From assembly GCF_009914755.1 (NCBI RefSeq), contig NC_060943.1: a DNA stretch of 64,000 bases. One strand, written 5' to 3'. The notes beneath the pieces are model-generated. The model had not been told where the DNA came from. It did not search any database and was given only the letters and a program-made list of their open reading frames with translations. Below, in pieces: positions 30,666-48,277 of this stretch. Positions within the stretch are counted from its first letter, which is position 1. The number at the start of each line of letters is the position of its first letter. A program made the position numbers and the translations under genes. Source of the stretch: the human T2T-CHM13v2.0 reference genome, Homo sapiens.

Positions 30666-31354
30666 TGAAACCACCTTTGCAAAAATTATGACAGTGAGAA
30701 AAATCTGGCATAGCTTACTCCATCTTGCTTCTAGCCTCGAAGTTGTACCTATTCATTCCTGGACACATGCCAAGCTAACTATAGAAGGCAGTTAGTTTAC
30801 AGTTTAACTTTGAAACAAAGACGATTACAGCCCCTTCCTAAAACCAGCATCTCCTTGCTTTGGGACCAAGATTGCCTTTGTAAAACTAACAGATTAGCCA
30901 CAAGGTTAACATATGGCTAAGAGACATGTAGCCAGGGGCCACAAGATTCCTAACCTTCCCAATTGCCCCTAGAGATTGCATCTATTGTAAAACCTAAGGT
31001 TGGTGTTTGAGGTATTTCCCAGACCCTGCATTCTGATAGACCAGCTTCCACCACCCAGACTGGTAACCATACCAAGAAACTGAGTCAACTGAAGTCAACA
31101 ATCATTCAACCCCATATGATTTCATCCCTGACCCTACCAATCAGCATTCCCCATTCCTCTGGCTCCTTGCCACCAAACTATCCTTGAAAAACCCTAGCTT
31201 CTGAATTTCCAGGGAGGCTTATTTGAGTAATAAACTCCCATCCTTCCACTTGGCTGGCCCTGCAATTATTAAACTCTTTCTGTACTGCAATACCGCTGTC
31301 TCAGTGAATTGGCTTTGTCTGCCACAGGCAAGAATAACCCATTGGGCAATTACA
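30666..31354 (+). mobile_element. LTR8/LTR26-group solo LTR (ERV1)
   Basis: TGAAACCACCTTTGCAAAAATTATGACAG...GGGCAATTACA; TSD agaa/agga. Confidence 0.82.
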
Positions 31355-31829
31355 AGGACAATGATCTTCTTCTCATCGTAATATGAGCAAATATATATAA
31401 GCATAATATGAGCAAATACAAAAATGTGAGTATTGCAAATGACTCTCTACATACACTGTCTTGGTAAAATTTTGTTTTCTGGTTTTATGGATGATATATA
31501 GGAATCACCTGGAAAATTTTCAACATACACAAGCTGGCTAAATTTACTAAATATTTAGTATATTCCAGACACTCCTCTAATTGTCTCACATACATTAATT
31601 TATCAAATTCTTTAATCCTCACAGCAATAGCTCTGACCTGGGCACTGAGAGGTTAAATAACTGCCCAAAGGCACACAATCAGTAAATGGGATCCAAACTT
31701 ATTGACTGGCCACAGAATCCTTGTTCTAACTCTGTCCTAATGCCACATGTATTGAGTTGAAACACTGGAGAGTCTGCAAAGTTTCCTTGGGATGAAGCTG
31801 GTATGTGCATGTTAAAAAACTCTTCAGGC

Positions 31830-32145
<316 letters not shown>

Positions 32146-32314
32146 TCTCCAGGCGGTTTTGACATGCCCCCAGGATGAGTACCACTGATTAGTAGTGTTT
32201 TGTTTGTATTTTGCCTAACAGAAGTTTTAAATTTTTAATGTAGTCAGATTTGTCCTATTTCTGTCATTTTATTCTTTAGTACTGCAATAAGAAAAGAGTC
32301 TTCCTCAGCCCAAA

Positions 32315-33355
32315 TGCATCAGTTATCTATTGCTGCACAACAATCTGCTCTCAAAACATAGTGGCTTAAAACAATAGCAGTATACTACTTGTTTCAATTA
32401 TCTGGATGGCATTTAGGTGGAGCTCAGCTGGGTGGTTTTCCTGCTGGTCTCACCTGGGATCACTTACACAACTAAAGCTGACAGCTGGTTCTGGCTTTGG
32501 GTTGGGGCATGAAGGAGTTCCGGAAATTCCACCCCAAAATAAGCCATTTTGAACTTCAAACTGAGGGCACTTGGGGAAGAGCAAATGCAGGAAGGAGATT
32601 CCTCTGAGCTTCCCTTATCTGCCTGAAGACAGAGCCTTCTAAAGGAACTCAGTTGTCATGAATTTCCTCCCCAGGAATCTCATCAGTCAAGGCTGTTTAA
32701 CTCAGATCACAGGAGAGGAAGCTGGAGGTCAACAATATGTCAACACTTTGTCCCAGGCTATCACTTGTTCTTCTGAAGGGTCATCCATCATTCCCCAAAA
32801 ATCACTTACTCTCCCCTAAGCTGCCTACATCCCCTCTTTCCTATGGTGAGGGTATATATGTTTCTAGATCTCACTGGGTTGGAGAATATTCATTTTTCCT
32901 TCCTGCAATGCTCCCATGCATGTAATAAATTGATATACCTTTTTTTCCTATTAATTTGACCACTGTCAGTTTATTTCACAGACACAATTACTGAATCCTC
33001 AGGAAGTAGAGGCATGTTTTTCTCTCCCCTATAGGCACCTCGGTTCTGCACCACATGGCTTCTCATCCTCTAAGAGGCTAGATTGGCCTCTTTGTGTCGT
33101 GGTGGTCTCAGGGCTCCAAGAGCGCCAGGTGGAAGTTGCAACATCTCTTAAGGTAGAGGCTCCGGAGCTAACATGATATTGCTTCTCCTGCACTATATTG
33201 GTCAAAGCAGGTCATGAGGCCAGCCTAGATCCAAGGGATGATATCTTTGTTGACTTCACTTCTTGATGGAAAGAACAACAAAGCCACATTGCAAAGGGGA
33301 GTGGGCATGGGGAGGCGTGACTCATTGGATGCCACTCTTGTAACAATCTAACACA
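32315..33355 (-). mobile_element. MLT1 MaLR LTR split by a MER34-group LTR
   Basis: MLT1-like termini (tcagttatctattgctgc...; ...aatctaacaca). Confidence 0.65.
32510..33033 (+). mobile_element. MER34-group solo LTR (ERV1)
   Basis: TGAAGGAGTTCCGGAAATTCCACCCCAAAAT...CTCCCCTATA; perfect TSD ggca/ggca. Confidence 0.75.
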
Positions 33356-33397
33356 CCAAGATGTTAAATTCACTCTTCTATGAAGTCTTCTAGTACC

Positions 33398-34130
<733 letters not shown>

Positions 34131-34319
34131 TCCAGTACTCTCTTGATTCTTCTTAAGTTGAAATCATTTCCACATCTGAGATTCAATTTTGTATGTGGTT
34201 TGAGGTAGGAAATTTCACTTCATTTCTTCCACTTATTCCTATGTATTTTATACACTATTCTTCTTATACTGACTTTATCTTCCTCTTTTGTTAAATAACA
34301 GTGTGTGCCCTTGAGCAGG

Positions 34320-34794
<475 letters not shown>

Positions 34795-34795
<1 letters not shown>

Positions 34796-34960
34796 TTGGG
34801 CAAATTATTTACCTTTTTTGTGCTTTAATTTCCTCATCTATAAACTTGGGATAGTAATGGTAACCTACATAGGGTTGATGTCAGGATTAAATGAATTAAT
34901 ACGTGTAAAGTGTTTAGAACAGGGTATAGTCCATAGCAGGTGCCAAGTAAATACCTATTA
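34795..34960 (+). mobile_element. MIR
   Basis: tttcctcatctataaa...ggattaaatgaattaatacgtgtaaagtgtttagaacag, the MIR core. Confidence 0.8.
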
Positions 34961-35414
34961 TTTAATTCCAAATTTCTACATATGAAAGGATCTACTTTCT
35001 GTTCTGTTGTCTTACTTATCTATTTCAACTTTTAATCAGCATCCCAAGTCTACTTTTATTGTTCTTTTTCAAATCATTTTTTAGTTCATCTTGGTCCTTT
35101 GGAATTCTTCCCATTGAATTTTATCAAGTTCTCCCTAAATCCTGCTGAGAACTTTATTGGAGTTACATTTACAGATTAATTTAGGAGGAATTGAAATATT
35201 GTTACTACCAAGTATTCTTATGCCATAACACATCTCTTCATTTATTAAGCTCTTATTTTATCTCCCATGATAGAGTTTTATAGATTTTTAAATTTTATAA
35301 AGGTGTTGCAAATTTCTTTTCCTGGATATTCTTTTCTGGGATATTTTATATTTTTGTTGTTATGCTGAATCTTTTTACCCCATTATATTTATTTTTATTT
35401 ATTTGTTATTTTTA

Positions 35415-35550
35415 AAAATATTTTTTATTATATAGAGACAGGGTCTTGCTTATTGCCCAGGCTGTTCTTGAACTCCTGGCCTCAAGCCATTCTTCCACCT
35501 TGGCCTCTCAAAGTGCTGGGATTAAAGGTGTGAGCCACAGTGACCAGTCC
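35415..35550 (-). mobile_element. FLAM/Alu left monomer within old L1 fragments
   Basis: Single antisense left arm. Confidence 0.8.
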
Positions 35551-36381
35551 TTGTTACATTTAACCAGCTACTATTTTCTATATGGGAAAACTACAGATCT
35601 CAGTCCTTTTTTTTTTTGGTGATATTCTAATGGTTTTTCATTCATTTAATTTTTTGAAATCAGATAATTGCCATCTTTTCTCTTTTTCCATCATTGTATC
35701 TATTTTTTTTCTTGACTAATTGCACAGGCTAAGACTCTCGGAGCAATATTGAATAAACAGGCAATGGTGGCTCTAAGACAGGGTTTGAGGAATGGCAGTG
35801 GGCGGCAGGGAGTGTGCCTGCAGAGCAGCCTGAATGGGTATTTCCCGGAGGGAAGGCGGTCACGTGTCTAGGGAATGCTCCAAAGAAAGGAGAGGATGGT
35901 TTCAGTACAGAGTGAGGGTTGCGCCTTTGATTAGGTAAGTGGTGAACAGTTATTAGTGCTTTCTGAGCATCAGACTGGCAGAGTCAGGTCATATTTTAGA
36001 AGGACTGCTCAGGTAGAGGTGACCACAGGGAGGTGGGACCCAGACAAGGGTGACCCATTAAGTCCTTACGAATCATTAAAGGAGAGGTGCTAAGGATGGG
36101 AGCTGAGTGCGGCTATGATGGAAGACGCCAGGAGATTCTATGGAGATTAGTGTTATCTTAAACCCCTCTGGCCCTGCACATGGGGAGAGCAAGTTCATGC
36201 TTCTTCCTAAAGAAGTGAAGCAAGGACGGAGCAATTTTCCATCTGATGTCAGGCCCTCCCTGATGGCTGGCCCCAAGGGCGACCTCTGTGATCCTTCCTG
36301 TCTCACCCTGGAAAAAAATGTCTATATTCTCACTTCATACTTCCAAGTTATGCCTTGGTTTTTTGGGTTTCATTTTTGTTA

Positions 36382-36585
<204 letters not shown>

Positions 36586-37010
36586 CAAAGAAACATCCAA
36601 GTGTTCAGGCCTCAAAGGGCTGTGGCCCCAGCTTTCAGTGTAACTCATCTCACAAATCAGTGGTGGTAACTCAACTTCGTCCTTCTGTGGTCAAGATTCC
36701 CCCAACTGTCTCTGTTATCTGACCTTCCTTGGCTCAGCCACATATGGGTCTGGGAGCACAGTGGTCATCAACAGGTCGATGGAGATGGCTGGACCTCAGC
36801 AGCAGAAGAGCAAGAGGAGCCAGAGGATGAAACTCCATCTGGAAACTGTGAGAGGAGAAGCCAGCCCAGGCCCTGCAGGAGGGAGCAGCTACTCTTCCCA
36901 GCAGAGGCAACAAGGAGGGGCAGGAGCAAGCAGGTAGGGAGAGAAGGGGCAGCCTTCATGGGGCAGAGAGGGGAATGGGCTGATGGGAGCTGGCAGGGCT
37001 TCTGTGATGA

Positions 37011-37443
<433 letters not shown>

Positions 37444-37839
37444 GAGGTTTGACCTGAGAAATGGAGACACCTCAAAGTCCTAGAGGGATACACCCAGGGG
37501 GAGGACAAGGCCCAGCAGAAAGACCTTTGTCCCTCTGACCCCAGGTCCCACCAAGGAACCCAAGCTCTTGTGGTGGGGGGCCTACCTAGACCCCACTCTC
37601 AAGCCATACCCTGGCTCTGCTGGGCTTCCAACTGGCCCTAGCTGCCCCTGGTTGTCTTTATTTTCATAAGGATGAAAGCAATGCCGTGTCCCTGGCTTCT
37701 GGGACATCAAGGTCCGAGAATGATGGTAGACAGTGGATAGACCCCAATTTTCTGCCCAAGCCCAGCCTGGGATTCCTGGCTGGGGGCTTTGACTTGGCAG
37801 CTGGCACCAGGGTGTCTCATGGGGATGCAGGTGATGGTT

Positions 37840-38551
37840 TGAAATAGCCTTTGCAAAAATTATGACAATGAGAAGACCCACTGACTCTATCTTGCTTTTA
37901 ACCTCTAAGCTGCCCTTGTTCATTTGTGGGCATAGACCAAGCTAACTTATGGAAGGAATTTACCTTATAGTTTAACTTCGAAACAAAGATAGTAACAGCC
38001 CCTTCCTGAAATGAACTCCCTTCTTGCCTGGGGACCACACCACCTAGGTAAAACTAAGGAATTAGCCACAAGATTAGAAATTATGGTTTAGGAGTCATGC
38101 AGCCAGAGGCCACAGGATTCCTAACTTCCCCAGTTGCTCCTATGGATAACATCACATTCATCAAACCTAAGATTGGTGTTTGAGACAGTTTTCAGACACT
38201 GCATTCCAATGGACCAGCTGGTGCCACCCAGACTGATAAACTGGCTCAGCTAGTTCTATGATCCTATCTAGTAAGAGAAGACAGCAACAAGAACCCACTT
38301 CAATCCCCCTATGATTTCATCGCCAACACAACCAATCAGCGTTCTCCACTCCCTAGCCCCCTGCCCACCAAATTATCCTTTTAAAACCCTAGTCTCTGAA
38401 TGTTCAGGGAGACTAATTTGAGTAATAAAGCTCCAGTGTCCTGTTTATCTGGCTATGCATTTATTAAAGTCTTTCTCTATTGTAATAATGCTGTCTCAGT
38501 AGATTGGCTCTATCTAACCAGCAGGCAAGAAGAACCCATTGGGCAGTTACA
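37840..38551 (+). mobile_element. LTR8/LTR26-group solo LTR (ERV1)
   Basis: TGAAATAGCCTTTGCAAAAATTATGAC...GGGCAGTTACA; TSD ggtt/ggct. Confidence 0.82.
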
Positions 38552-38899
38552 GGCTGCTGAATGACAAGGCTGCTCTTCCCACACCTGACAGTGCCTCAGC
38601 CTCAGCTGGCAAAACTCATCACTTCACCTGAAAAGGGAAAAAACCCAGAGCTATCTCTGGCAATAGAAGGAGCAGAGTTTTCCTAAGCATCCAAGACAGA
38701 CCCCAGACCCTGAACGAGGTAGGAGACTACTCATCCTGGCAACTGCTTACTCTGATTATGGGGTTATGAGGCCTGCTTCAAGGGAGAACTCTGAAGTTGC
38801 AGCTTTCCCTTTCCATGACAGACCTTGGCTCATGGACCACACCCCTGCCCCATCTCTGCTTGGCTTGTGTTTCATGGTCTGCATGAAGAACCAATCTAA

Positions 38900-39210
<311 letters not shown>

Positions 39211-40719
39211 TGGCTTAATGTTCATGTGCTTGCCCTTGCTGGAAAGAGAGCCTATTGGCAATTGATGCAGAGGGAGTGTTTTAATTAATGGAGCTGGCCT
39301 GAACATCAGGCTGGTGCAACTTTACTCAACGCTAAGGATGATCACAGCTTAACGTGGGGGAGAAGAAAGCAATGAAAGAAATAGATCAGATGAGGCAATA
39401 TTGGGAGTTTATGAAGTCTGTGTATTTTCCAGTGGCTCCACAGTGATCGCTCTTATACCGGCTGTCACCCCCGCATGAATTATCACCTCAACCTGGGAGG
39501 ATGGGGAGGCCGACAAGACATACAACCACACACAAGGCACGGGCTCTTGCCTGGATCATAATTCTTCCTCATGCTGCTAAAACGGAGAGCGCTGCGATAG
39601 CAAAGAGGCATGTGGCCCTTGTGATATCTTCAGAAAGAAAAAACCCTGGGGGCAAGAGAGGAAAGAAGAAAGCTAAGAAATAAATAACAAAGCAGGATGC
39701 TATTTACATAGTGAGGGAAGGCCTTTGAGACTGAGCTCAGCGCCTTGGATGTCAGTAATAACTCAGTGATGGGAATAAAGAGACTCACTGCAAACCCACA
39801 TCGCCTGAGATGGTATCAGCGATGTTTTTCTCTTTGTTTCCAGACAAATTCCAGCACAGCGATGGGAAGACAAGCCTGTCGAAGGGAATGGTGAGGTGGG
39901 GGTGAGGGTGAGTCCGGTGGTCCCCGTGAAGACTCAATTATGTTGGCTGTGAAGAGATTAATGAGAATTGAATTTTCTATTGATGTAAAACCGCCTTTTG
40001 CACCTGCTGCTGGCATCCTCATTACTGGTTTTCCATTACAGGGGATTATATGGTACAACGAAATAAACTTTATGCTTCCTGGGGGATGCTCTTAAAATGG
40101 GTTTACTGTACTCAAACTGGTGGTGAAGTGGGTTACCTGAGAGAAATATGATTTAATCCCTGTCTTTTCCTTTTGTGGACCAGAAAGCCTCTATCCCCTT
40201 CTGGAAATCACGAGGTGCAGACGTTTTCAGGTCTGCGGGCCAGGCTGAGGCTCTGCGAGGTATAGGCCCAGGCATGCCCTGCTTGCTCTGTCCCTAAACA
40301 TCACAGGGATGATGAAGTTGAAGGAATCTTTGGCTTCCTGCATCAGAATGAATCACAGGGAGTGATGCTCTGGAAGAGCTGGCCCAGAGACCAGAGTGTA
40401 GGGAATTGGGGTCCTTGGGATTTCTGTAACTTGTCCTTTGGGAAGGAGGTAAATGTGTCTGTCGGTGGAGGCGTGAGAGGCATCTGTGGCCTTAGAAGAT
40501 AATGAGCAAGTAAACACCAGGTGAGAGAAAACTGCTTCCTGTCCTGTGAACCACCTGCTCCTCCCTCCCTCAGTTGAGCTGGGGAGGCCAGGGTCCAGGG
40601 TGAAACCATCTCTGCCCAGGAAAATCTCAATAAATGCTTCTTTAAATTGTTTTAAGTTTTAGGGTACATGTGCAGGGTCCAGGGTGAAACCATCTCTGCC
40701 CAGGAAAATCTCAGTAAAT

Positions 40720-41150
40720 GCTTTTTTTGTTGTTGTTTTAAGTTTTAGGGTACATGTGCAGGTTTGTTACATAGGTAAACGTCCCGTGGTGGTTTGCTGC
40801 ACCCATCACCCCATCACCTAGGTATCAAGCCCTGCATGCATTAGCTATTTATCCTGATGCTCTCCATCCCCCACCAACCCCAGAAGCCCCAGTGTGTGTT
40901 GTTCCCCTCCCTGTGTCCATGTGTTCTCATAGTTCAGCTCCCACTTGTAAGTGCGAACATGCGGTATCTGGTTTTCAGTTCCTGTGTTAGTTTGCTGAGG
41001 ATAATGACTTCCAGCTTCATCCATGTCCCTGCAAAGGACATGATCTCGTTCCTTTTTATGGCTGCATAGTATTCCATGGTGTATATGTATCACATTTTCT
41101 TTAACCAGTCTATTATTGATGGGCATTTTGGTTGATTCCATGCCTTTGCT
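40720..41150 (-). mobile_element. 5'-truncated L1PA 3' end
   Basis: L1PA 3' UTR (gtttgttacatagg...ccatgtccctgcaaaggacatg); TSD gtaaatgctt at 40714 and 41151. Confidence 0.9.
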
Positions 41151-41714
41151 GTAAATGCTTGTTAAATGGAAAATAGTAGCACCACCCTCAAGAGCCCTTA
41201 CTCATCTCCAACCAGGATAAGTACTGATCTTTCAGCCTCTGCTGTTCCATCTGTTAAGTGGGCATAAACCAGGATGGTGGGGGCTATGGGAAGCCATTAT
41301 TCTCAGCAGTTTGATGTAGACCTTATTTCATCGAAATCACCTTTATGATGCTACCTTCTAAACACAGCCCAAAATTGGATCTCCAAGAATGCAGGTGGTA
41401 ACTTGTGTTTACATGAGGGTGCACTAGAACCCCATGTTATGGGGGAGCCCTGTGAGCTGGAGTGGGAAGCCTGGATGGGAAGCAGAAGTGTCAGAGGCCC
41501 ACACACAGCTGTTTGTGCTTGTCTCTCCCTGAAGCGTTGTTCAGGATGAACCTATCTTGAGCCCCAGAGTCCACAGATGTCACTGCTTCTCCTGAGCAGC
41601 TGCCATGGCAGATGCTTTCCCGAGGCAGGGCGGGGGAAATGGTTGGGCAACGGCTGGGCACTGCCTTAACTTCTCTGAAGCATCATTAAATTTGTGTTCA
41701 AAGTGAAGATTGAG

Positions 41715-42408
<694 letters not shown>

Positions 42409-42578
42409 TTATTATTACAGCCACCACCCAGACCAAGAAATAGAACTTTGCCAATGTCCCTGTTGTCCCTGGGAAGCACCTCCTGGGTTTCCTTCTAGTC
42501 TGAACTGCCACCTTCCCTGCAAAAATGACCCTCACATGACTTTTACAGTAACCTCTTTTCTGTCTTTCTTTATGTTTT

Positions 42579-43132
42579 TGTCAGAGTTTTTTGAACCAGA
42601 GCAACTCCATCTTGAATAGGGGCTGGGTAAAATGAGGCTAAGACTTACTTGGCTGTGTTCCCAGATGGTAAGGGCATTCTAAGTCACAGGATGAGATAGG
42701 AGGTCAGCACAAGATACAGGTTATAAAGACCTTGCTGATAAAACAGGTCGCAATAAAGAAGCCAGCCAAAACCCACCAAATCCAAGATGGCAATGAGAGT
42801 GACCTCTGGTCGTCCTCACTGCTACACTCCCACCAGCGCCATGACAGTTTACAAATGCCATAGCAACGCAGGAAGTTACCCTATATGGTCTAAAAAGGGA
42901 AGGCATGAATAATCCACCCCTTGTTTAGCATGTCATCAAGAAATAACTATAAAAACGGGCAATTAGCAGCCCTTGGGGCTGCTCTTGTCTAGGGAGTTGC
43001 CATTCTTTATTCCTTTACTTTCTTAATAAACTTGCTTTTGCTTTGCACTGTGGACTCGCCCTGAATTCTTTCTTGCACGAGATCCAAGAACCCTCTCTTG
43101 GGGTCTAGATCAGGACCCCCTTTCTGGTAACA
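42579..43132 (+). mobile_element. MER41A solo LTR (ERV1)
   Basis: TGTCAGAGTTTTTTGAACCAGAGCAACTCCATCTTG...TTTCTGGTAACA; same family as the copies at 3472 and 6075. Confidence 0.88.
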
Positions 43133-44010
43133 TCTTTCATCACCTAAGTGTGCCTTCCAAGACATATGATGTAGTTTTGCCATTTTAAAAAAATGCGATC
43201 TATCGTTTGAGTCTCTTTCAATCCACAGGTTTCCTCCCACTTCTTTTCTTTACAATTTCTCTATCGAGGAACCAAAGCCTTTTGATCCACAGAGTTCCTA
43301 CTGTCGGGATTCTGCTGATTGATACTCTTGGTGCAGTTCAAGATGTTCTTCCCTATTTCCTGCAAATTGGCAGATGGATCCAGAAGTTGGATCACACTCA
43401 CCTTCTGTCCTTTTGGCAGGACCAGAGGTGCTGCATTCCTTCGTTAGGAGGCACATAATATCCGGTTTGCCTCTCTTTGTGTGATGCTAACAGCTGTTGC
43501 AGCACAATGCTTAGCTCTGTTAATTCACTAGGGGTTTCAAAATGGTGATATTCTAATTCTGTCACTTCCTCACATATTAACTTGAGTACTTTTAAAAAGA
43601 GATGCTTCCAGTCGTCCACCATTTGCTTACCCAGTGGTACAGTTCACATATTAAACAGAGGCAGGATAAATGTGCGATTCTTTCCTCATTATTTACCTGT
43701 TTTTCAGAGAGTGAATTTGTTCCTCATCCTCTGAAGGTGACAATGTTTTAAGTAGTTTCATAAATTGAAGATTTAAACATATTTTATGGGTTTTTATCCA
43801 TCACAATTATCATCTTTACTGATGCTCAAATGGCTCTATGTTTGGCCAGTGGGAGCCCCTTGCAGATGGTTCCCGTGTCCTTTTGATATGATCTTTTAGT
43901 CTCTGATAGCCTCCTTGCTATCCAGCATGACAAGATGTCCAGGCTTATCTTACACATTTCCTGTTCTAGACCTGCAATCAGCCATTTTTCCAAGAAGTCC
44001 TGGTTTCAAT
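43133..44010 (-). mobile_element. Old L1M fragment
   Basis: T-rich L1MC/ME-like sequence (atttaaacatattttatgg, gccatttttccaagaagtcctgg). Confidence 0.55.
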
Positions 44011-44019
44011 CAGTAGAGA

Positions 44020-44020
<1 letters not shown>

Positions 44021-44072
<52 letters not shown>

Positions 44073-44105
44073 CTATCCATCTATCATCTATCTGTTTATC
44101 TATCT
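44021..44105. repeat. (CTAT)n tetranucleotide STR
   Basis: About 12 perfect TCTA units plus a degenerate tail. Confidence 0.95.
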
Positions 44106-44175
44106 TTTTAAAAAAGAAAAAATGTCAAAAGAGTGAGAAGACAAGCCACAGACTGCAAGAAAGTATTTCAAAAGA

Positions 44176-44990
<815 letters not shown>

Positions 44991-45059
44991 AAATAAATGT
45001 AAAATGTCTCATATGTCTATATTGATTCTTCCAATTCAAATGTAGAATTATTGGGTGCT

Positions 45060-45335
45060 GGTCGGGCACAGTGGCTCACTCCTGTAATCCCAGCACTTTG
45101 GGAGGTTGAGGAGGGAGGATTTCTTGATCCCAAGAGTTCTATTGCGACCAGCAAACATAGCAAAATGTCCATCTCTATGAAAAAAAAAATTAAGAATTAT
45201 TGGAGGTTGGGTGGAGTGACTCATGCCTATAATCCCAGTACTTTGGGAAGCTGAGGTAAGAGGGCTGCTTGAGCCCGGGAGTTCAAGACCAACCTGGGCA
45301 ACATAGTGAGACTCCATCTCTACCTGAAAAAAAAT
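45060..45335 (+). mobile_element. Two tandem FLAM/Alu left monomers
   Basis: Left arms at 45060-45190 and 45204-45335, separated and flanked by gaattattgg. Confidence 0.85.
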
Positions 45336-45399
45336 TTGTAAAGGAATTATTGGATGTTTACTTAAATTCTTTCTTATTCCTGAACTCCTTTTTCTCACC

Positions 45400-47160
45400 A
45401 AAAAAAATCCTAGTTCTCAAAGGCCCAGGAGATGACAGAATTGAAATACACAAGAATTACTTATTTCCTTTATCCCATATTACACACACAGCATTCTTAG
45501 TATAAAATGCCAATACTACTTCCATCAACATCATTATTGAAAACAGTTAAAATTTTTTTATTATGCTTTTTTTCTGCATGCATTTCTTATTCTCTTATCC
45601 CTCAATTTATAAATAACTGTACTATATCTATATTGTCAGAGAATATAGCCATTATATACTATGCTTTTTTAAAATTTTCACTTATTCTTAATTCTGTAAA
45701 TTATATATTTAATGTTCACCACCTTATGTTGATGTCTCTCTAGACACTTTGTTTCTCTGAAGTTCATTCTCTAGTGAATTCCTCAGGAAGGAATCATGGG
45801 AACAATATTTCCTGAACTGTTACATACTGATAAGTTTGTTTGTACCCTTTATACTTGAAAGTCAGTTTCCCTGAATATAAGATCCTTGGCTCACATTTTA
45901 TTTTCTTGAGTTATTTAAATATGTTACTCAATTTTCTTCTGGCACAAATGTTGCAGTCAAAAAGTTGATGATAATCCAATTTCCAATCCCTTACAAATCA
46001 TGGGCTATTTTTGCTTAGACACTCAAAAGATTTTTCTTTTCCTTTGAAGTTCTATCATTTCACTAAATTCATGCCTTGGTGTTAGTCATTCTGGGTCAGT
46101 ACTCTCAGGAACATGGTGTGACTTTTCAATATGTAGTTTGAAAACTTTTTATTTCTAAATAACATAGTACCTTTTTGAACTATAGCTTCTAGTATTTGTT
46201 CTGATCCCTGCTTTGGGTTTTTCTTCAGGTAACCCTGTTCTCTGTATGTTGGATCCTCTTTACCCAACTTCGAGATTTGTCACTTTCTCCTGAAGCCTTT
46301 ATATCCTTGCTCATTTCTTAGATTTTTAAAAATTTCCATTTGTTTCATTTTCTGTTTCTTCTGAGGAATTATCTCTTGTGTTTATTCACTCTTGCAATCT
46401 TTCTAGGTTAGTCTTAATTTCTGAAACTTTTTTCTTTTAAACTCATTTCCCCCCCTAAATTTGTTAATTTCTGAGTTTTTCTATTTCTGATTTATGTTGG
46501 GTTTTTTTGCATCTTATTTTGTTTAAATAATTGCTTCTAGCTTGTCTTAAAACAGTAGGTTATAGTTTTTTGTTTTGCAGGCATATCTTTTGGCATGTTT
46601 TTCATTATCTGTGAAGATGTTATTCTATTTCTTACTCTTTTTAAAAAAAAACTGTATAGAGTAGGACTTTGATCTTTGCCTGCTGCTCATTTTTGTAAAG
46701 GTGAAATTAATTTTTCTGAACTTAAAAATGGGGTTGAGTTCAAGACAGCTTTTATAACTTCACAAAGCTTTCTCTTTTGTTGTTTTCATGCACTGTTAAA
46801 AAATATGGCAGCTTATTTTATTTTATTTTTTTAGATTCCTGGTTCTTATAAAAATGTCTCTACTTTTATCTGGATACTCTGCTTCCTTCCCCTCTATCAT
46901 TCCTGCTCTATTCAATTTTGTTTCCTGTTTCAGCAGTGTCTTCTTGATGTGCAGCCTTGTCCTGGAAGGATGACCTGGCTGGTCAGTTTCAAGAGTTCAC
47001 AGGGGCTATGCTACTCCATCCTCTTCTCATCTTTTTACATGAGGCCCTTTGTACTTACACACTAATGGAGTGAGCAAAACCCTTCCCGTTTCAGCTCCTG
47101 TTGTGAAGCTGGATCTCTGTACTTTCCAGTGAATGAATACCTATTGCCTCTTTGGGGTTA
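45400..47160 (-). mobile_element. Old L1M fragments
   Basis: Long T-rich antisense L1-like sequence. Confidence 0.55.
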
Positions 47161-47165
47161 CTCCT

Positions 47166-47590
47166 TGTCTTAGTCCATTTTATGTTGCTATAACAGAATA
47201 TTGAGTAATTTATAAAGAAAAGAGGTTTATGTGGCTCATGATTCTTGGGGCTGGAAAGTTCAAGATGGAGCAGCTGCATCTGTGAGGGCCTCATGCTGCC
47301 TCAACTCTTGCCTAAAATGGAAGGGAAGTGGGGATGTGCACAAAAAGATCACGTGGCAAGGGGGTAAGCAAGAGGGAGAGAAACCAAGGAAGCCAGACTC
47401 TTTTTGTCATCCTGCTCTCATTGTAACTAATCCATTCCCTCATGAGCAAGAACTCAGTCCCTAGAGAGGGCATTAATCTACTCATGACTCAAACACCTTT
47501 CACTGGGCCCCACCTCCCAATGCCACCACATAGAGGATCCAATTTCAACATGAATTTTGGTGGGGACAAACAAGTCACATCCAAACTGCA
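47166..47590 (-). mobile_element. MST/MLT1A-type MaLR LTR
   Basis: tgtcttagtccattttatgttgctataacagaata...tttcaacatgaattttggtgggga. Confidence 0.75.
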
Positions 47591-48277
47591 GTTTCCTGTT
47601 CTTAGAGATGACAAACACCCTGTTTCTTCCCTTTGATTCCTTCTGTATGCATACTAATACTATGCCAGTTTAATAACTGTTAGTTACAAAATAGGCAGTC
47701 CCTACCCACCAATATTTTGGTGTTTTAGGGGATGCATTGCCCACTAGTTTTATTGTGAGTGTTTCCCATAGGTTTTTGGTTTTGCTATCTAGTTTGTCTG
47801 TTTTTTATTAGTGGCATATTCAAAATGATGCCCCTAACACTGTTGCCATCTTCTCAAAGACATCCCAGGAAGAACTTCAATATTGACAATTTAACATCCT
47901 TAAGGAATGCGTTGTAACAACCAAACTGGAGGAGAAAAAGTATGTAAACAGTAGTTTGCATAGAGTGTCTTGTGCTGATTATGACACTGTAGCAGGTCTT
48001 GTTGATGGCTTCCCATATCTGCTCAGCCCACCCGAGCTCAACCTCAGGAGGCAGTTGTAATCTCAAGCACCTACATCTCTCTTCTTCTTTACCAGGGACT
48101 TTCCCTGGTACCATCAAAGCTTGCCAGCCTGCCTTGTACTTCCTGAGATCACTCCCAAACAAGCTGCCTGAACCCATGTGCTTGTCTCTTGCCTCCTTTT
48201 GGGGGAACAAGCCAAGGTAGACACCAAGTTGTGTTCCAATAGCCTGGCCTGATTCAAGCATCTCTCATGTAGTGTAA

